Source of the DNA: Prorocentrum cordatum
Taxonomy: Eukaryota
Length of the DNA stretch: 64,000 bases
Direction: 5' to 3'
Assembly (NCBI GenBank): GCA_963575745.1
Contig: CAUYUJ010000225.1
Location: 1,116,001-1,180,000, forward strand
Shown: positions 22,601 through 36,204 of the stretch, one piece after another
How positions within the stretch are numbered: position 1 is the stretch's first letter
How the letters are laid out: the number at the start of each line of letters is the position of its first letter
Position numbers and translations under genes: made by a program
Notes under the pieces: model-generated
The model's input: the letters and a program-made list of their open reading frames with translations, nothing else
Told to the model about the DNA's origin: nothing
The model's database searches: none

Positions 22601-25600
22601 GGAGCATGCGCGGCCAACCCGATGCGGCCCCCCCACCATCCCCGTCAAAAAACAATACACTGTACACTTCGGGGCAAAGTCTGGAGTCATGTTCGTGAGG
22701 CCTGCGATCACTTTGCATAGTTTTTGACAAGGGCGGCGGGGGTGTCAGCATATTGCCTGCTGTGCGCAGGGCTACCATCCCTGGCAAAAAAAGCCATACA
22801 ACATGCACCTCGCGGCTAAATCTGGATCATGTGCGGCCACCCCGCGATCACTCTCGTAATTTTTGAAAGGGACGGCGGGAGTGGTGGCGTATGGCCTGCT
22901 GTGCGCAGGCCCACCAGACACAATGATGGGCAGTGCTTGTCGACAAGGATGGTGGGGGACGACATGTTTCCCGATGTGTGCTGTCACGTGCGCAGGCGCA
23001 CCTGACACACTCTGCACATGCCCCGAACGTGTCGCACCTGGCGCGGCTGGGGTTTGCGGCACACCTGGCGCACGCGGAGCACGTGGCGCATCTGGCGCAC
23101 GCGTGCCTGGCGCGCTCGGGCCCCAGGCGTGCCTGGCGCGTCTGGCGCGCCTGGCACGCGTTGCGCACCTCGCCCCAACGTCGCGCACATGGGGTCGGTG
23201 TTGGTTCCCAGCAGCTGCCCATCCAAAGACGACCGCTGAACATGCGCAGGCTCGGGTGTTACTTATGTGTTGGGAGGGCGGGCGGGAGTGACCTAGACGG
23301 CTTGCTATCTAGGAGGGTGCCTTGACCCCTCCCCCTACCCACTCCCCTGGACCTGGACGGGGCGCTCCGCGAGCGGTCAGAGCATCTAAGATGGCCCAAG
23401 ACGGCTCCAAGAGGGCCTCAGAGAGCCCAAGCTGACCTCCAAGATGGCACACGATAGCCCACGATGCCTCAAAATAGCTCCCAAAATGCTCCAAGATGCC
23501 CCAAGACCATTCCAACACGGTTCCATGTGGCCACGGAGCGTCTCACGGGGCCGCCAAGAGGCCAAAACCCTTCAAAACCTACGGATAATCAATGATGAGT
23601 GCCTTCTCGCCTTTTTGCTTTCGATGGCCTTCCGAGGCCTCACGACAGCTCCAAGAGAGCTCCAGAGAGCCCCAAGAGAGGCCTGAGAGAGCCCCAAGAC
23701 GGCCCCGAGAGCGTCCCAAGAGCGCTCCAAGATGGGTCCAAGAGACGATTCTAGGCACTCTAGAGGGGCAAGGCTGATTGAAGACCCTCCCTTTTTTAAT
23801 CGATGTCCTCCAAGATGGCTCCAAGAGGGCCCCCGAGCCTCCCAAGAGCGCCCCAAGAGGGCCCAAAGAGGTTATAAGGAGGCCCCAAGAGGCGCTCGAG
23901 AGGCCTCCAAGAGGCTCTCAAGAGACCCACAAGAGGCCCCAAGAGGCTCCCCGAGGCACGCAAGTGGCCCCCAGGACCGCCAAGAGGCCCCCCACGCGCC
24001 CCAAGAAGCCCCAAAGCTCGCCATTGTACTCCTCCTCCTCCTGCTCCTCCTCATCTTCCTCCTCCTCCAGCTCCTCGTCCTCTCCCTCATCCCTCGTCCT
24101 TCTTCCCCACCTTTCCTCATTCGGCAGGTCCGCGAAGGCGCATACTCTTCGTTCCTGGGTCTGCGCAGGCTGATCCAAGACTTCAGTTTGACGGCTTCCC
24201 CAGCTCTTGATCCACTGCATGCTCCTCCGCTTCCCTGATCAAAGCAACTCGCCTGGGCATTGTTTGTGGATGGGCCGGAGGGGATACGCGAAGCGTCAAG
24301 AATTCGCCTCGCAGGGCAAGCGACAATCCTGGAAAGAGCCTCTTCGAATGCGAGTCGCCTAGGAGAAAGAGGATCGGCTTCCTATGAGGATCTGCACTGG
24401 GCTCCAGGCAAGGCGACATCATGCCTATGATTTCAACTCGAGCTATCGACAGGTTGGGTTCTCGGGAGCATTTCCGCTGGGGGTCTGTGTGCGGCAAGTG
24501 GCAGTGCGTTCGGCTTTGGCAAAGCCAGCCGTCGCAATTAACGAATGATGCCCAACAGCCCTCGGGAGCTGCAGACCAGCTCAGGTCGAAGCATGAAGGC
24601 AGATCCGACCTGCTGTCGTTCACCGCCGCTGGCGGGGCGTGGAAGAACTCTGGTACTCTAGTGCACGCGCATCCTGTGCTGGGCAGCTGAATGTGTGGGG
24701 TCTTGAGGAGGTCGTACGCCTCGATGTCGAAGCGCGCCGCGGGCGAACTCCAGGACAGAACGGTCTCGAACAGCGGGGTCCTGAGCAAGGGCCAGCTGAG
24801 CAACAGGAGACAGGCCACAAGGGCCAGCGAGGCAGGCATCATCGCTGCGAAGACGCTCTGGTGCCTGCTCGGGCGCCAGGAGCGAAAGCCCGCCTCGACA
24901 AAATGATAAGTTAAGGCGGACAACGCGAACGTGATCGATGCCAAAACGAAACACCCAGCTGGACTTGCCGGATCGGCTAATAAGAATTCCCTGGCAAAAC
25001 ACAAAACCGGCCAATGCCACAAATAGAGCGGGTAAGACAACTTCCCGATGTACACCGGCACCGTGCCGCCCACTATGCTGTGATTCAGAAAACTGTCGCG
25101 GCTCTGCCCCGCGACGATGAAACAGACCGCCGCGGCGACGGGGAAAACGGCGCCAGGGAAGGGGAAGCCCATGGTCTCCGGCGTGACGAGCCAGAAGCTC
25201 GAGCCCAGAAGCAGCAGCGCCAGCAGCTGGGCCGCCAGAGCCGCCGTGCATACCCAGGTCTCGCGCCAACAGGCTCGCTCGGACGCCTCCACCTCGGCGA
25301 TGATAGCTACGGGAACAAAAAGTGGCATGAACATAAAAACTCGGAAGTCCGCGCGGATTCCTCGGATCGGCGCTGGACCCCCCTCCATGGCGCGCGGAGC
25401 GCGCCAGGGGCGGCGCCGGAGGCGCCACCCGGGAGCCCCAGCGCCGATCCAACGAATCCGCGCGGACCTCAGAGCTTTTATGCCGATGCCACTTCTTGTT
25501 CCCCCGACAGCGCCAGCGGCGAGCTCCCAGAACCTGAGGGGCAACGATAGGGGGGATAGGCATAGGGGAGGAAACATCGTCCTGGAATCGGCGATACACC

Positions 25601-27219
25601 GCCGATAGATCGGCGATAGGCCCCCGACAATGAATCCGAACGTTCCCGGGCAGGTCGGAGCTATCGGGCCCTTATCGGCGATCCATGGGCGATTGGGGTC
25701 AATGCGTCCCCCCCTGTGCCTATCCCCCCATTATCGTTGCCCCTGAGAACCGCGCGGGCAGGGCGTAGAACGCTAGGTCGGGCACGCGCTCGGTCATCCA
25801 CCAGCAGACGCACACCGACAGCGCCGCGCACGCTGCGAGTGCGGCGGCGGGCGCGGGCCGCGCGGGGCGAGGGTCTGATCCGGATGTGGCGCGAGGCCAG
25901 CGGTGCAACAGTAGCAGGAGCAGAGGGAAGACGAGGTAAAATTGCTCCTCGACAGGGCTGGATCTAAACTAGGTCGGGCGTGTCCCCCTACAGGCGGATC
26001 TTGGACGACAGCAAATACGTACGAAATGCACCAAAAATGCTATCACATACTCAAACAATCGTCCCCTGACAATTTGTTGCTATTTTTGAATATGCCTCGT
26101 GTAGAGGGACAGGCCCGACTTACACCCAAGCGCTGTTTTTCGTTTTGTTGTCGTTTAGCTCTTCGCTCCGCCCTGCCCGCTTTCGTTGGCACCTCCCTGC
26201 GAGGAGCGAACAGCAAAGCACGGCCGGAGTCCGGCAGAACTGAAAGGACCCTGGGACACACAAAGAAATACACACAACTAAAAGGATTTCCCATATTTCC
26301 CCATATTTTCTGGGTTTTTGTCTTCCCCCCACTTCCCATATTTTCCCATATTTTCCTGGGAATCGACGATTAATTGTGTCTGTGTGTCTTTTCCCCTTCT
26401 GAAGAACAGCGTTCAGGTCCAGCCCTGTGCTCCTCGACCCCCAGGGACCACGTGTGCACGTAGGGGCTGGCGGCTGCCCTGTCCTCGCCCGTCATCTGGT
26501 CCCAGTACCCCCCGTCGCCCTGCTGCGAGAGGAGTCCGAAGAACAGATTGTAGGGGGCCACATGCGAACCCTGCCCCTACACCCCACGACTTCTGAGGGG
26601 GAGGGTGGGGAGAGGCGAAGTGAACCCCACCCTCCCCCTCTGAAGTCGTGGGGGGTAGGGGTAGGGTTCGCATGTGGCCCCCTAGATTGGCGACGCCGCA
26701 CACGGCACACGCAGCACCTGTAAAATAGTCGTCCAAGTGAGGAAGACCGGGCGGTTCGGTGAGCGCCAGGATGAGCCCACTGACGCCGATCATCAGCAGC
26801 AGTGCAGGGGTCAACCTTTTGATCCGTCGTGCGTAGAAGCCACAGAGAAAGTCTGATAAGCTGATGCTGTGATGGCTGAGCAAAGAGCCCGTGACGACGT
26901 ATCCAGAGATGACGAAAAACACGTCGACCCCTGTAAAGCCGCCGGGCAACCATTCCTCGTTCATGTGATATATAATGACGCTGATAACTGCTACAGCTCG
27001 CAAGCCATCCACGTCGGGGCGATACTTGATCACCGACGCACCCAAGCTGCCGTGCAAGCCGCAGCTGTCACCTTGTTCGCTGCTGGAGAAATCGCTAGAT
27101 GAGCTCTGGCTGTCACTATTGTCATCCACCCATGGATCGTATCCAATCGCCTTCATTGAAGAAGCTATAGCCGAACGACAGGGAACGCACGGGCCGCCCC
27201 CCGCAAGAGACAGGGCCAT
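19610..27219 (-). CDS. oatA: OafA/OatA-like O-acyltransferase (acyltransferase-3 membrane domain + SGNH domain), multi-exon, 3' end unresolved. Approximate exons 27156-26685, 26545-26433, 25947-25751, 25533-~25506, ~25301-24308, 19821-19610
   Basis: YRPDVDGLRAVAV, GGFTGVDVFFVISGYVVT, FYARRIKRLTPAL, AN|LFF..GYW, HTWSLGVE|EQFYLVFP, LPAR|FWELAAG, YIGKLSYPLYLWHWPV, LTYHFVE, LLGDSHS. The 19821-19610 exon (LRPGDVVAMSF) is joined via a predicted AG|GC..AG|G intron and is less certain. The gene may be inactivated by the 134-bp MITE. Confidence 0.88.
19885..23313. repeat. ~860-bp tandem array, 4 copies in ABAB arrangement, inside a predicted intron
   Basis: atcactgttccctat at ~19889, 20745, 21604 and 22465; copies 1/3 and 2/4 share diagnostic variants. 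Confidence 0.95.
25308..25505. mobile_element. 198-bp TIR element inserted in frame in the acyltransferase gene
   Basis: ~65-bp imperfect inverted repeats (gggaacaa.aagtggcat...atcggcgctgg); flanking direct repeat gatagc/gacagc. Confidence 0.8.
25534..25750 (-). mobile_element. Introner-like TIR element forming a precise GT-AG intron
   Basis: TIR (c/g)aggggcaacgata..ggggggataggca.agggg; duplicated GGTTCT; CG|GTTCTCAGG...CCCTCAG|GTTCTGG restores A-R-F-W-E-L. Confidence 0.85.
25948..26432 (-). mobile_element. Introner-like TIR element forming a precise GA-AG intron
   Basis: TIR cagggctgga(c/t)ct(g/a)aac (15/17); duplicated TCGAGGAGCA; GAG|GAGCAC...TCGAG|GAG CAA restores V-E-E-Q-F-Y. Confidence 0.85.
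26551..26684. mobile_element. 134-bp near-palindromic MITE with a 5-bp TSD
   Basis: tagggggccacatgcgaaccct...agggttcgcatgtggcccccta; gattg at 26546-26550 and 26685-26689; removal restores V-A-N-L-F-F. Confidence 0.9.
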
Positions 27220-27238
27220 TGAGCCAGAATGGTTAAGG
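27218..27238 (-). promoter_or_regulatory. Relict DinoSL upstream of the acyltransferase
   Basis: CCTTAACCATTCTGGCTCAAT vs CCGTAGCCATTTTGGCTCAAG, 17/21 ungapped, ~60 nt upstream of ATG 27156. Confidence 0.7.
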
Positions 27239-29042
27239 AAACTTTCCCAAGACCCTCCTGGGGCTGCTTCGGAGACCCACCAGGGCATCTTGGGACCCCG
27301 TGGGACCTCTTGGAGCTGCGCTTGGGCATCGTAAGGGTCCTGAGATCAATGTCGAAACGGATCCAGCGTGAGAACCTCTTTGGCGCTAAACATGTCAGAC
27401 AGCACGATGTCTGTGCCTTGCCCCCCACCGAGCTTTGAACAGGGTCTTCTGAAATCATGTGGGGGGCATGTTGGATCTCTCTTGAACTTCACTCGGCTCT
27501 CAGCCTCGGAATGATCTTTGCGTTTTTTGGCATGACCGCGCGCCTCTTGGAAAACCTGGCTACCAGGACAAAGGGCAACGGGGAGTGGATGGAAGGACCC
27601 ACAGTTCACGTTGTGAACATGTCGCAACAGATCGCAACAGAAACTGTTCATCCTTACTGGGCCTGGGGTCCGCAAAGAGAAAACCAGCCCGAGATGAAAC
27701 ACCGGTCCTGGGGAAAGGGTCAAGACCTTCCGGACCCCGCGTTCTGGAAGAATGCAGGAGGTCTGGGCAGGAGGAGAGGAGCAGCGACCACATGAGGCGA
27801 CGCGCGCGTCGAACCGAGATAAGAACAGCAGCAAGCGGGAAGAAGTGAAAACGAACCCTCGCTCACAGAACGAGCGGGGCGACCCGAAGCGCTCGCTGCC
27901 CAGCACAGAGCGCAATTTTCACGGCAACGAGTCGGATGACCCAGTACAGCCTGGGCAGCCCAGGTTATGATGTTGTTCCAACCAACTTTAGCTTTGATCA
28001 CCAGAAAGAGTTTCGAGCACCAAGAAGTACCGAAACTGGAGGGTTTTCGCGTGTCGGGCCCAGGGAGGCGATACTCGTTCGACACTATCTCGATACTTTT
28101 CTGGGTGCTGGAAATTATGTCTGGGATGTGATCCTCAAGTGCGATGGGAGCATCAAGAAGACCAGGGCGAAACAGAGCACAACGTGACATCAATAACCCC
28201 AACCACTGCACGGCAAGATCTGAATTCCGGAGCCCACGGGGCGTGGAGACGAGACGCCGCTTTCCTCCCCTGGGGCGGCGGCCCGCTGCGAAGGCATATC
28301 GGCGCCATTCTCGCTGAGGGCTACGATGTGGTGTCATTCTGGAGGGAATGCGCGGGGCATTTCGCCGGTGGACACGAGCGACGAGAGTGGCCACGCATCC
28401 TGGCTACGCAGCCCCGAACTAGTGTCGCGGGGTGGAACAGACGGAGGATCCTGCGGGTGCGGCTGCGGGTGCGGCTCGCGGGGCCCTTGCGAGCAATCCC
28501 TCCGTCGGGTGCAGGATCGTGCTGAAGGTTGCCGGGTGGCTTGCACAGGTGGGCCCCCGCCACGCAACATGGCGGCGACGCCAGGGTACGGCTGAAGGAC
28601 GCACACGTTGGCTGCGCCGAGGGGCGGTCCTTGAGACCTTCCGAGCCCAGCGCGAGGGCTACGCTGCAGCACATCGGGGCCGCATTCGAGAAACAGCCGA
28701 GAACTTTGGAGGGACGTAAAGGTGGGGCACAGCCAACCCGTATAAGAAGGACGCACGATAAGGATGCAGGGGCCTTGAAGGCCACGTCGACGCTGGGCGA
28801 GCAGGGCGCGGCCAGCGAAAGCGGCAAGGAAGGGCCGAAGGAGAAGGGTGCCAAGGGGTACCCGTCAGTCGGAAGAAGTGGGCAAAAACATTAGGTAGGA
28901 AGGCGCTGAAGTAGATAGGGTCTCCGCCCGCCCCCTGAAGAGGAGGGAAGAGGGACAACCGCTCGACTGTTGAAGCAGGAAGGCGACTGAAGTAGATTGG
29001 GATCTGGGGATCCCCAAATATCTACTTTCAACAACCAGCGTG

Positions 29043-29043
29043 C

Positions 29044-29074
<31 letters not shown>

Positions 29075-29097
29075 TATATTTATATATATATGTACAT

Positions 29098-29131
<34 letters not shown>

Positions 29132-29590
29132 GGTCGCCCCCCCCCCCTGCAACCCCAAACCACCAAAATCACAAAACCTTGACTGATCGTTTGCTCGTCG
29201 TCTTTCTCCTCCTCCTCCTCCTCTTCCTCCTCCTCCTCCTCCTCCTCCTCCTCCTCCTCGTCCTCGTCGTCCTCCTCCTCCTCGAACGCCTTCGAATACC
29301 TGCGAGAAATGAGCGACATTGCGAAAAACAGCGAAAGCCATTGGAAAAAAAACCCAAAAAACTAGGATTTCGGGAGAACCTTGGCCTCCCCCCCCCCCGA
29401 AGTTCTCCCGAAATCATAGTTGTTTTTGCTTTTTTTGTTTTTTTTTGTTTTCTCAAGCGTTTTTTGTTGACTCCTCCTCCCCCCCCCCCCCCCCTCCGCC
29501 CCCCTCTCCCCTTCCTCCTCCCCCCCCCCTCCTCTTCCTCCTCCTCCTCCTCCTCCACCTCCTCCTCCTCCTCCTCCTCTTCCTCCTCCT
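29043..29590. repeat. (TA)n, poly-C and (CCT)n simple repeats
   Basis: Directly visible. Confidence 0.9.
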
Positions 29591-30319
29591 CACCCTCTGA
29601 CGCATTGCGGAGTACTGCCATACCTTGACCCCTACCTTGCTCCCCCCCTCCCCGTCTTCCTCGGACAGTGTGCCAGGCAGGAAACCCTGAAAAAAACACA
29701 GATGATTCTAATAGGTTTGGTGGTTTTCTTAAGGAAGCAGTATAAACACACAGATAATGATGATAGCGTTGGTGGTTTTCTGTAGGACACCCGGTAAAAA
29801 CACAGATAAAACTGATAGTTTAAGGTTTTTTGGATATGGCAGCCCCCCTCCCCCTCCTCCCCGTCTTCCTCCACCTCCCTCAGGGACGGTGTGCCAGGCA
29901 GGAAACCATGTAAACAAACACACATAATTCAGATATCTGTGGTGGTTTTCTTGAGGAAACCATGTAAAAAACACAGATATGTCTGATATGGTTGGTGGTT
30001 TTCTGTAGGAAACCTGGTAGAAAAAACACGCACACACATAACACTTATATTTTAAGGTTTTCTGCGGATGGCGCCCATCCTGCGCGGAGGAGGACAAGGG
30101 GAGGGGCGGCGCGCCATCCCCAGAAAACCTTAAATTATCAGTTTCGTATGCGTTTTTATATGGTTTCCTTTTAGGAAGCCATCAACATTATCATAATCAT
30201 CTGTGTTGTTACCACGTTTCCTTAAGATAACCACCAACCTTATCAGACTTATCTGTGTTTTCGCCAGCTTCCCCAAAGGAAACAACCCCACATAACAATT
30301 TTACCTGCGTTTCTCCCCT

Positions 30320-31558
<1,239 letters not shown>

Positions 31559-32116
31559 GGCCACGGACTGGCCTCCAGGCCAGAGCCGGTGCTAACGGAC
31601 CGGACTCCAGGCCGGGGCCGGTCCAACGACTACCCTTAAGGTATCCAACGGATGTCTGGGGAAACTACAGACATGGATCCCCTCCTGGATGCGAGGCGAA
31701 AGAGGCGAAAGAGGCGATAGAGGCGAAAGAGGCGAGGCGAGGAGGACGAAATATGAGAGTCGAGGTGCGAAGAGGGAGAAAAGGAGAAAGGGGGGAGGGA
31801 GCACAGAGGAGCAGTGATGAGGATGAACAGAGCGAGAGCATAGAGGGAGCATAGAGGGAGCATAGAGGGAGCACATATGGGGATGAGGAGGCTAGAAAAT
31901 AGAGGGAGCATAAAGGATCATGAGAGGGATCAGGAGGAGGATAAATATCATGACAGGGACCAGGGGGAAGAATAGGATCATGAGAGGGAGCGGGAGGAGG
32001 ATGACATGAGAGGGAGCAGGAAGAGGAAGAGGAGCAGGAGGAGGACGATAAGGATGACGAGGAGGATGCCCCCCTCCCCCTCCAGTCCGTGGTTTGGGGG
32101 TGCTGGGGGGGGACCA

Positions 32117-32147
32117 CGCGCGCGCTTCGCGCGCGCTTAGGTTCTAG
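32117..32147 (+). mobile_element. Helitron-like 3' terminus
   Basis: CGCGCGCG-CTT-CGCGCGCG hairpin, 8 nt, then CTAG|T; same structure as 4980-5010. Confidence 0.6.
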
Positions 32148-32364
32148 TCGACTCCGAAGACGTTGTCAATGAGCATTGTGTGCATCCCAGGATGCAGCTG
32201 CGCCACGGCTCCCTTTCCCGCTTGGTTGATGGCCTCCGGGGGGTTCCTGGGGGCCTGAAGGTCCCTCTCCCGAAGCCGTCTCCTGGGTTGCCTCCTCCCC
32301 GTCCTCCTGCGCCGTCCGTGAAAGCTTTCTGACGGGCCTTTTCATGCTTCGTGAAATGTCAGCG

Positions 32365-32696
32365 CAACAATCATCATCAGCAGCAGCATAATCATCAGAA
32401 TCATGGTGACCATCATGGTGATATTCATCGCCATGATGAATATTACCATCAACAACAAAGTCATCCCCTAACCTTCTTAAGGATAATGATAGTATCAATA
32501 CTGATACGAAAAATAGATTCATCATAATTTTCAGCTTCAGCATCACCATCATCACCACGATCATCATGAGCATCGTAGCGAACATCATCAGCATCATCTT
32601 CATCATCGTCGTCATCATCAACCTCATCATTATCATGGTCATCATCATCATCATCATCATTATCATCATCATCATCATCATCATCATCACCATCAC

Positions 32697-32752
<56 letters not shown>

Positions 32753-32856
32753 CCAGAACCATCACCATAATCATCATCACCATCGGCATCATCATGCTCA
32801 TAATCACAATCATCGCCATCTCCATAATAATTAGCATCATCGTCATCATCATCATC
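32365..32856. repeat. (ATC)n microsatellite
   Basis: Directly visible. Confidence 0.95.
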
Positions 32857-34284
32857 TGGACCACCCGTGCCAGAGTGGCGTTTCCGAACGAGGCCTTTCG
32901 GAAGCATTGTTTCGGGGAGGGGGGGGGGGGCAGAAGCCTGATGAATCATTTTCCAAGAAAATCTCCTGGAAACATGAGTGGTTTGGGGTGTCTCGTGGGG
33001 CCTTTTCGTATTTCCCGGGGAGCTTCTTGGGGACCTCTTTGGGCTTCCTGAGGTCCTCTTGGGTGCCTCACGGGGCTTCTGGGGAGCCTCTGGATGGCCT
33101 TCGGGGGCTTCCTGGGGGCCTCTGAAGGGAGACCGCGAAATATTGGTTCGCACCCAGCGGCGCCCGGAGGGCGAGGCGGACGGGAAGAGCAACTTCCTCC
33201 CTCGAGTTTTCGTCGAACGTCGAGGGCTGACCTCCTCGGGCAGCCACGTCGCCACGGTTGGAGTCCCCTCGCAAGTCTGGCCCAAACACATTCCACAACA
33301 GGTCCTGGGGTTGATATTGTACTCCCTGGGCCCGAAAACGGACACCTTGGGGCCGAAAACTGCGAAAAACCTTCTCGAACTCCGAACCCCGAATCTCTAC
33401 CAAAAACCTACGAACAGTTTCAAGAAGAACCGACGACGACGACGACGCCCACGATGACGACGACTACGACGACGGCAAGGGGCAAGGCGTGGATCCTCGC
33501 CCCCCCGAAGCAAATGTTCCCGGAGGCCCCTTCGGGAACATCTCCCGGAACCGCCCAGGCCCGAGAGGTTTGCGCGACGGCGGTCTGCGTAGCGCGGCGC
33601 GAACGCAACTTGACGAAGGGGGCGGGGGTGGCGCTCGTGTTGGGGCCTCTTGGGGTCTTTTGGGGGCCTCTTGGGGACCTCCTCGGGGCCTCTTGGGGGC
33701 CTCCTTGGCGCGTCTTGAGGCTCTCTCGGGACCTCCTGGGAAGCTTTCAAGGCAGAAAAATAGATCCTTGACTTTTTGTTCCCCCTCGTGGGCCCCTCTG
33801 GAAGCCTTCTCGGGGCCCTCTTGGGCTATCTAGGGCCCTCTGGGGCGCCTCTTGTGCTGTCTTGGGGCTGTCCAAGGCCGTCTTCAGGCCGTCTGGGGGG
33901 CCTCCCGGGCAATCTGGGTGCGCTCTTGAGGACCTGCTGGGCCTTGTTTGGAGCGTCGGAAATTTAAAAAGGCGATCATAACCAAAAGCGTAGAAAAACA
34001 CAATGGAAAATCACAGATTTTGGCCTCTCGGGGTTCTCTTGGGACGCTTCTTTGAAGCCTCTTGGGGCGGTTTCGGGGCTTTTTGGGCTGTCTTGGGGCC
34101 ATTTGGGGCGTCTTCGGGGCCTCTTGAAACTTTTTTGACCATCTATACGGCCCGCGTGGCCTGTCGTGGGCAATGTGGAATCGACCCGGGGAAATCCCGG
34201 GGGGTTTGTGACCCTCCAAAGGTCCTGGGGGGGCGCCCATGGGGGAGGGTGGCACCGGCCCTGTCCCCCCCCCCCGGCCTACTC

Positions 34285-34416
34285 CTATATATGTATGCTT
34301 GTATGTATGTATGTGTATATATATACACACATACATACATACATACATACATACATACATACATACATACATACATACAAACATGCATGCATGCATGCAT
34401 GCATGCATGCATGCAA

Positions 34417-34462
<46 letters not shown>

Positions 34463-34625
34463 ACACACATTTATACACACATACATACATACATACATAC
34501 ATACATACATACATACATACATACATACCATCCATCTATACATACATACATACATACATACATGCATACACACATACATGTATGTTTATATACTTATATA
34601 CATATATATACATATATATATATAT
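34285..34625. repeat. (TA)n/(TACA)n/(CATG)n compound microsatellite
   Basis: Directly visible. Confidence 0.95.
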
Positions 34626-35295
34626 GGATATGGATACGGATGGGATTTAGAAGTTCCAAATTCGGAAGGCGCCTAAAGTAGATTGGGATCTGGATGTCCC
34701 AAAATCCGCCACCGTGCCTCGAGGCACGCAGCGGAGTTACCCCCAGGCTCTCATGTGTTCTCTGTTCTCTGTACTCAAGACTGGGGAATTGTAGAAATCT
34801 GGGGGCCGGGTCTCCAAAATTTCAAATTTCCTGGGCGTTCGAACTCCTGGGCTGCATCGCGTGACTTTTTCAGAAGCCAGAGAGCTCCTAGACGGGCCCA
34901 GAAGGTCCCAGAAAACACCCACAAGAGTCCAAGAAGCCTCCAAAACAGCCCAAGAGCGCTCCAAGACGCCCAAAATGGCCCCAAGACGGCCGCAAATAAG
35001 CCCCAAAAGCGTTCTAAGAGGACCCCCAAGAGGGCCCAAAGAGGCAACAATCATATACAATCATTGATGTTCCTTGTGTGTTTCTGTGTTTTGTTTTGCG
35101 TTCTCGCGTTTTCAAGCTTCCGACGCTCCAAGATGATGACCCCAGAGGCCCCCAAGACGGCCTCAAGACGGCCCAGGAGTCCCCAGAAGGGCCCCAAAAC
35201 TGTCCAAGAGGGCCCCCCACAACGGCCCAAGAAACCCTCAAGATCGCCTCTGAAGGCCGAGGCTCCCAAGACGGCCCCAGGAGGGCCCCAATACG

Positions 35296-35489
35296 TGTGC
35301 GTATAAGGATGCGACCGAAAGGGTCGATCCTATACCTGAGTCCGAAGGTAAAGGCGAAGGAAGAAGAGGTTAGCTACTCCTTTTTTCCTGGGTTATGCGC
35401 AAAGAGCAGCGGTATGTGTGTGCGCCGATGCCTGAGCCGATGCGTTACCGGTATATGACGATGTAATGGCGATATGAGCAGACTTCACA
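35296..35489 (-). repeat. 3' LTR of the outer element
   Basis: tgtgcgtata...gggtcgatcctatacctgagtccg...gacttcaca matches 55011-55204, roughly 85% by eye. Confidence 0.9.
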
Positions 35490-36204
35490 CGCGCGCACCC
35501 CTTTTCCGAGTCCTGCCAGCTCCACGATGGCCTCGGGCCCATGGGAGAGAACGGCAAGGCTCGGGGGCAGAGGTGCGAGGTCCACTCAAGACACCGTCAC
35601 ATCTACCGCAACTCCAAACGAGGTCGCATCGGCTAGGAAGGGAAGAAAGGGGCCAACCCCGCCACACAGGGTACTAAGGGGAGTCTACCCGCCTCTAGCG
35701 GGCCCAGGGTGCGCCCCCCCAAAAACGCTTCGGCACACCTAGGCGACTCCCCGTCGCCGCGGGCGACGAGGCTGGGAGAGCTAGGGGAAGGATACGAAAA
35801 AAGAGAACATTACTGCATCCTTCGACGCAGGTGTCTCCACTGGCGCACGGTGGCACGTGCGAGAAATATCGTGAATCAGAATACGATGGATCAGAGTTGC
35901 GACGACAACTCGATCAAGGTTTAAAGAACTCTTTCATTGACGGGGGACTCCAGGCCCAGAACTAACGCCGGGGCTCTCCCGGCCCAAATTTACACGATAT
36001 TACGATCAAAGTTGCGATGGCAACTGATCAACTAGGTATGGTCACACGCGTAGTTTGAGACGCTCCAGGCCTCAAAAGTTATGCGATAATGTCCAACAGA
36101 ATGCGCGTTAGAGTCGCCCCCCCAAAATAAGAGCCACTGGGGGGATGCTATGCGTCGGTCGTGCTCATGCGCCTTCCCATGACAGAAATTGCACGGGCGC
36201 AGTT

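Noticed and set aside
20128..23325. Repeated ORFs with collagen-like GAxG text
   Set aside because: They derive from the 860-bp tandem array; frames are not consistent and no real domain is present.
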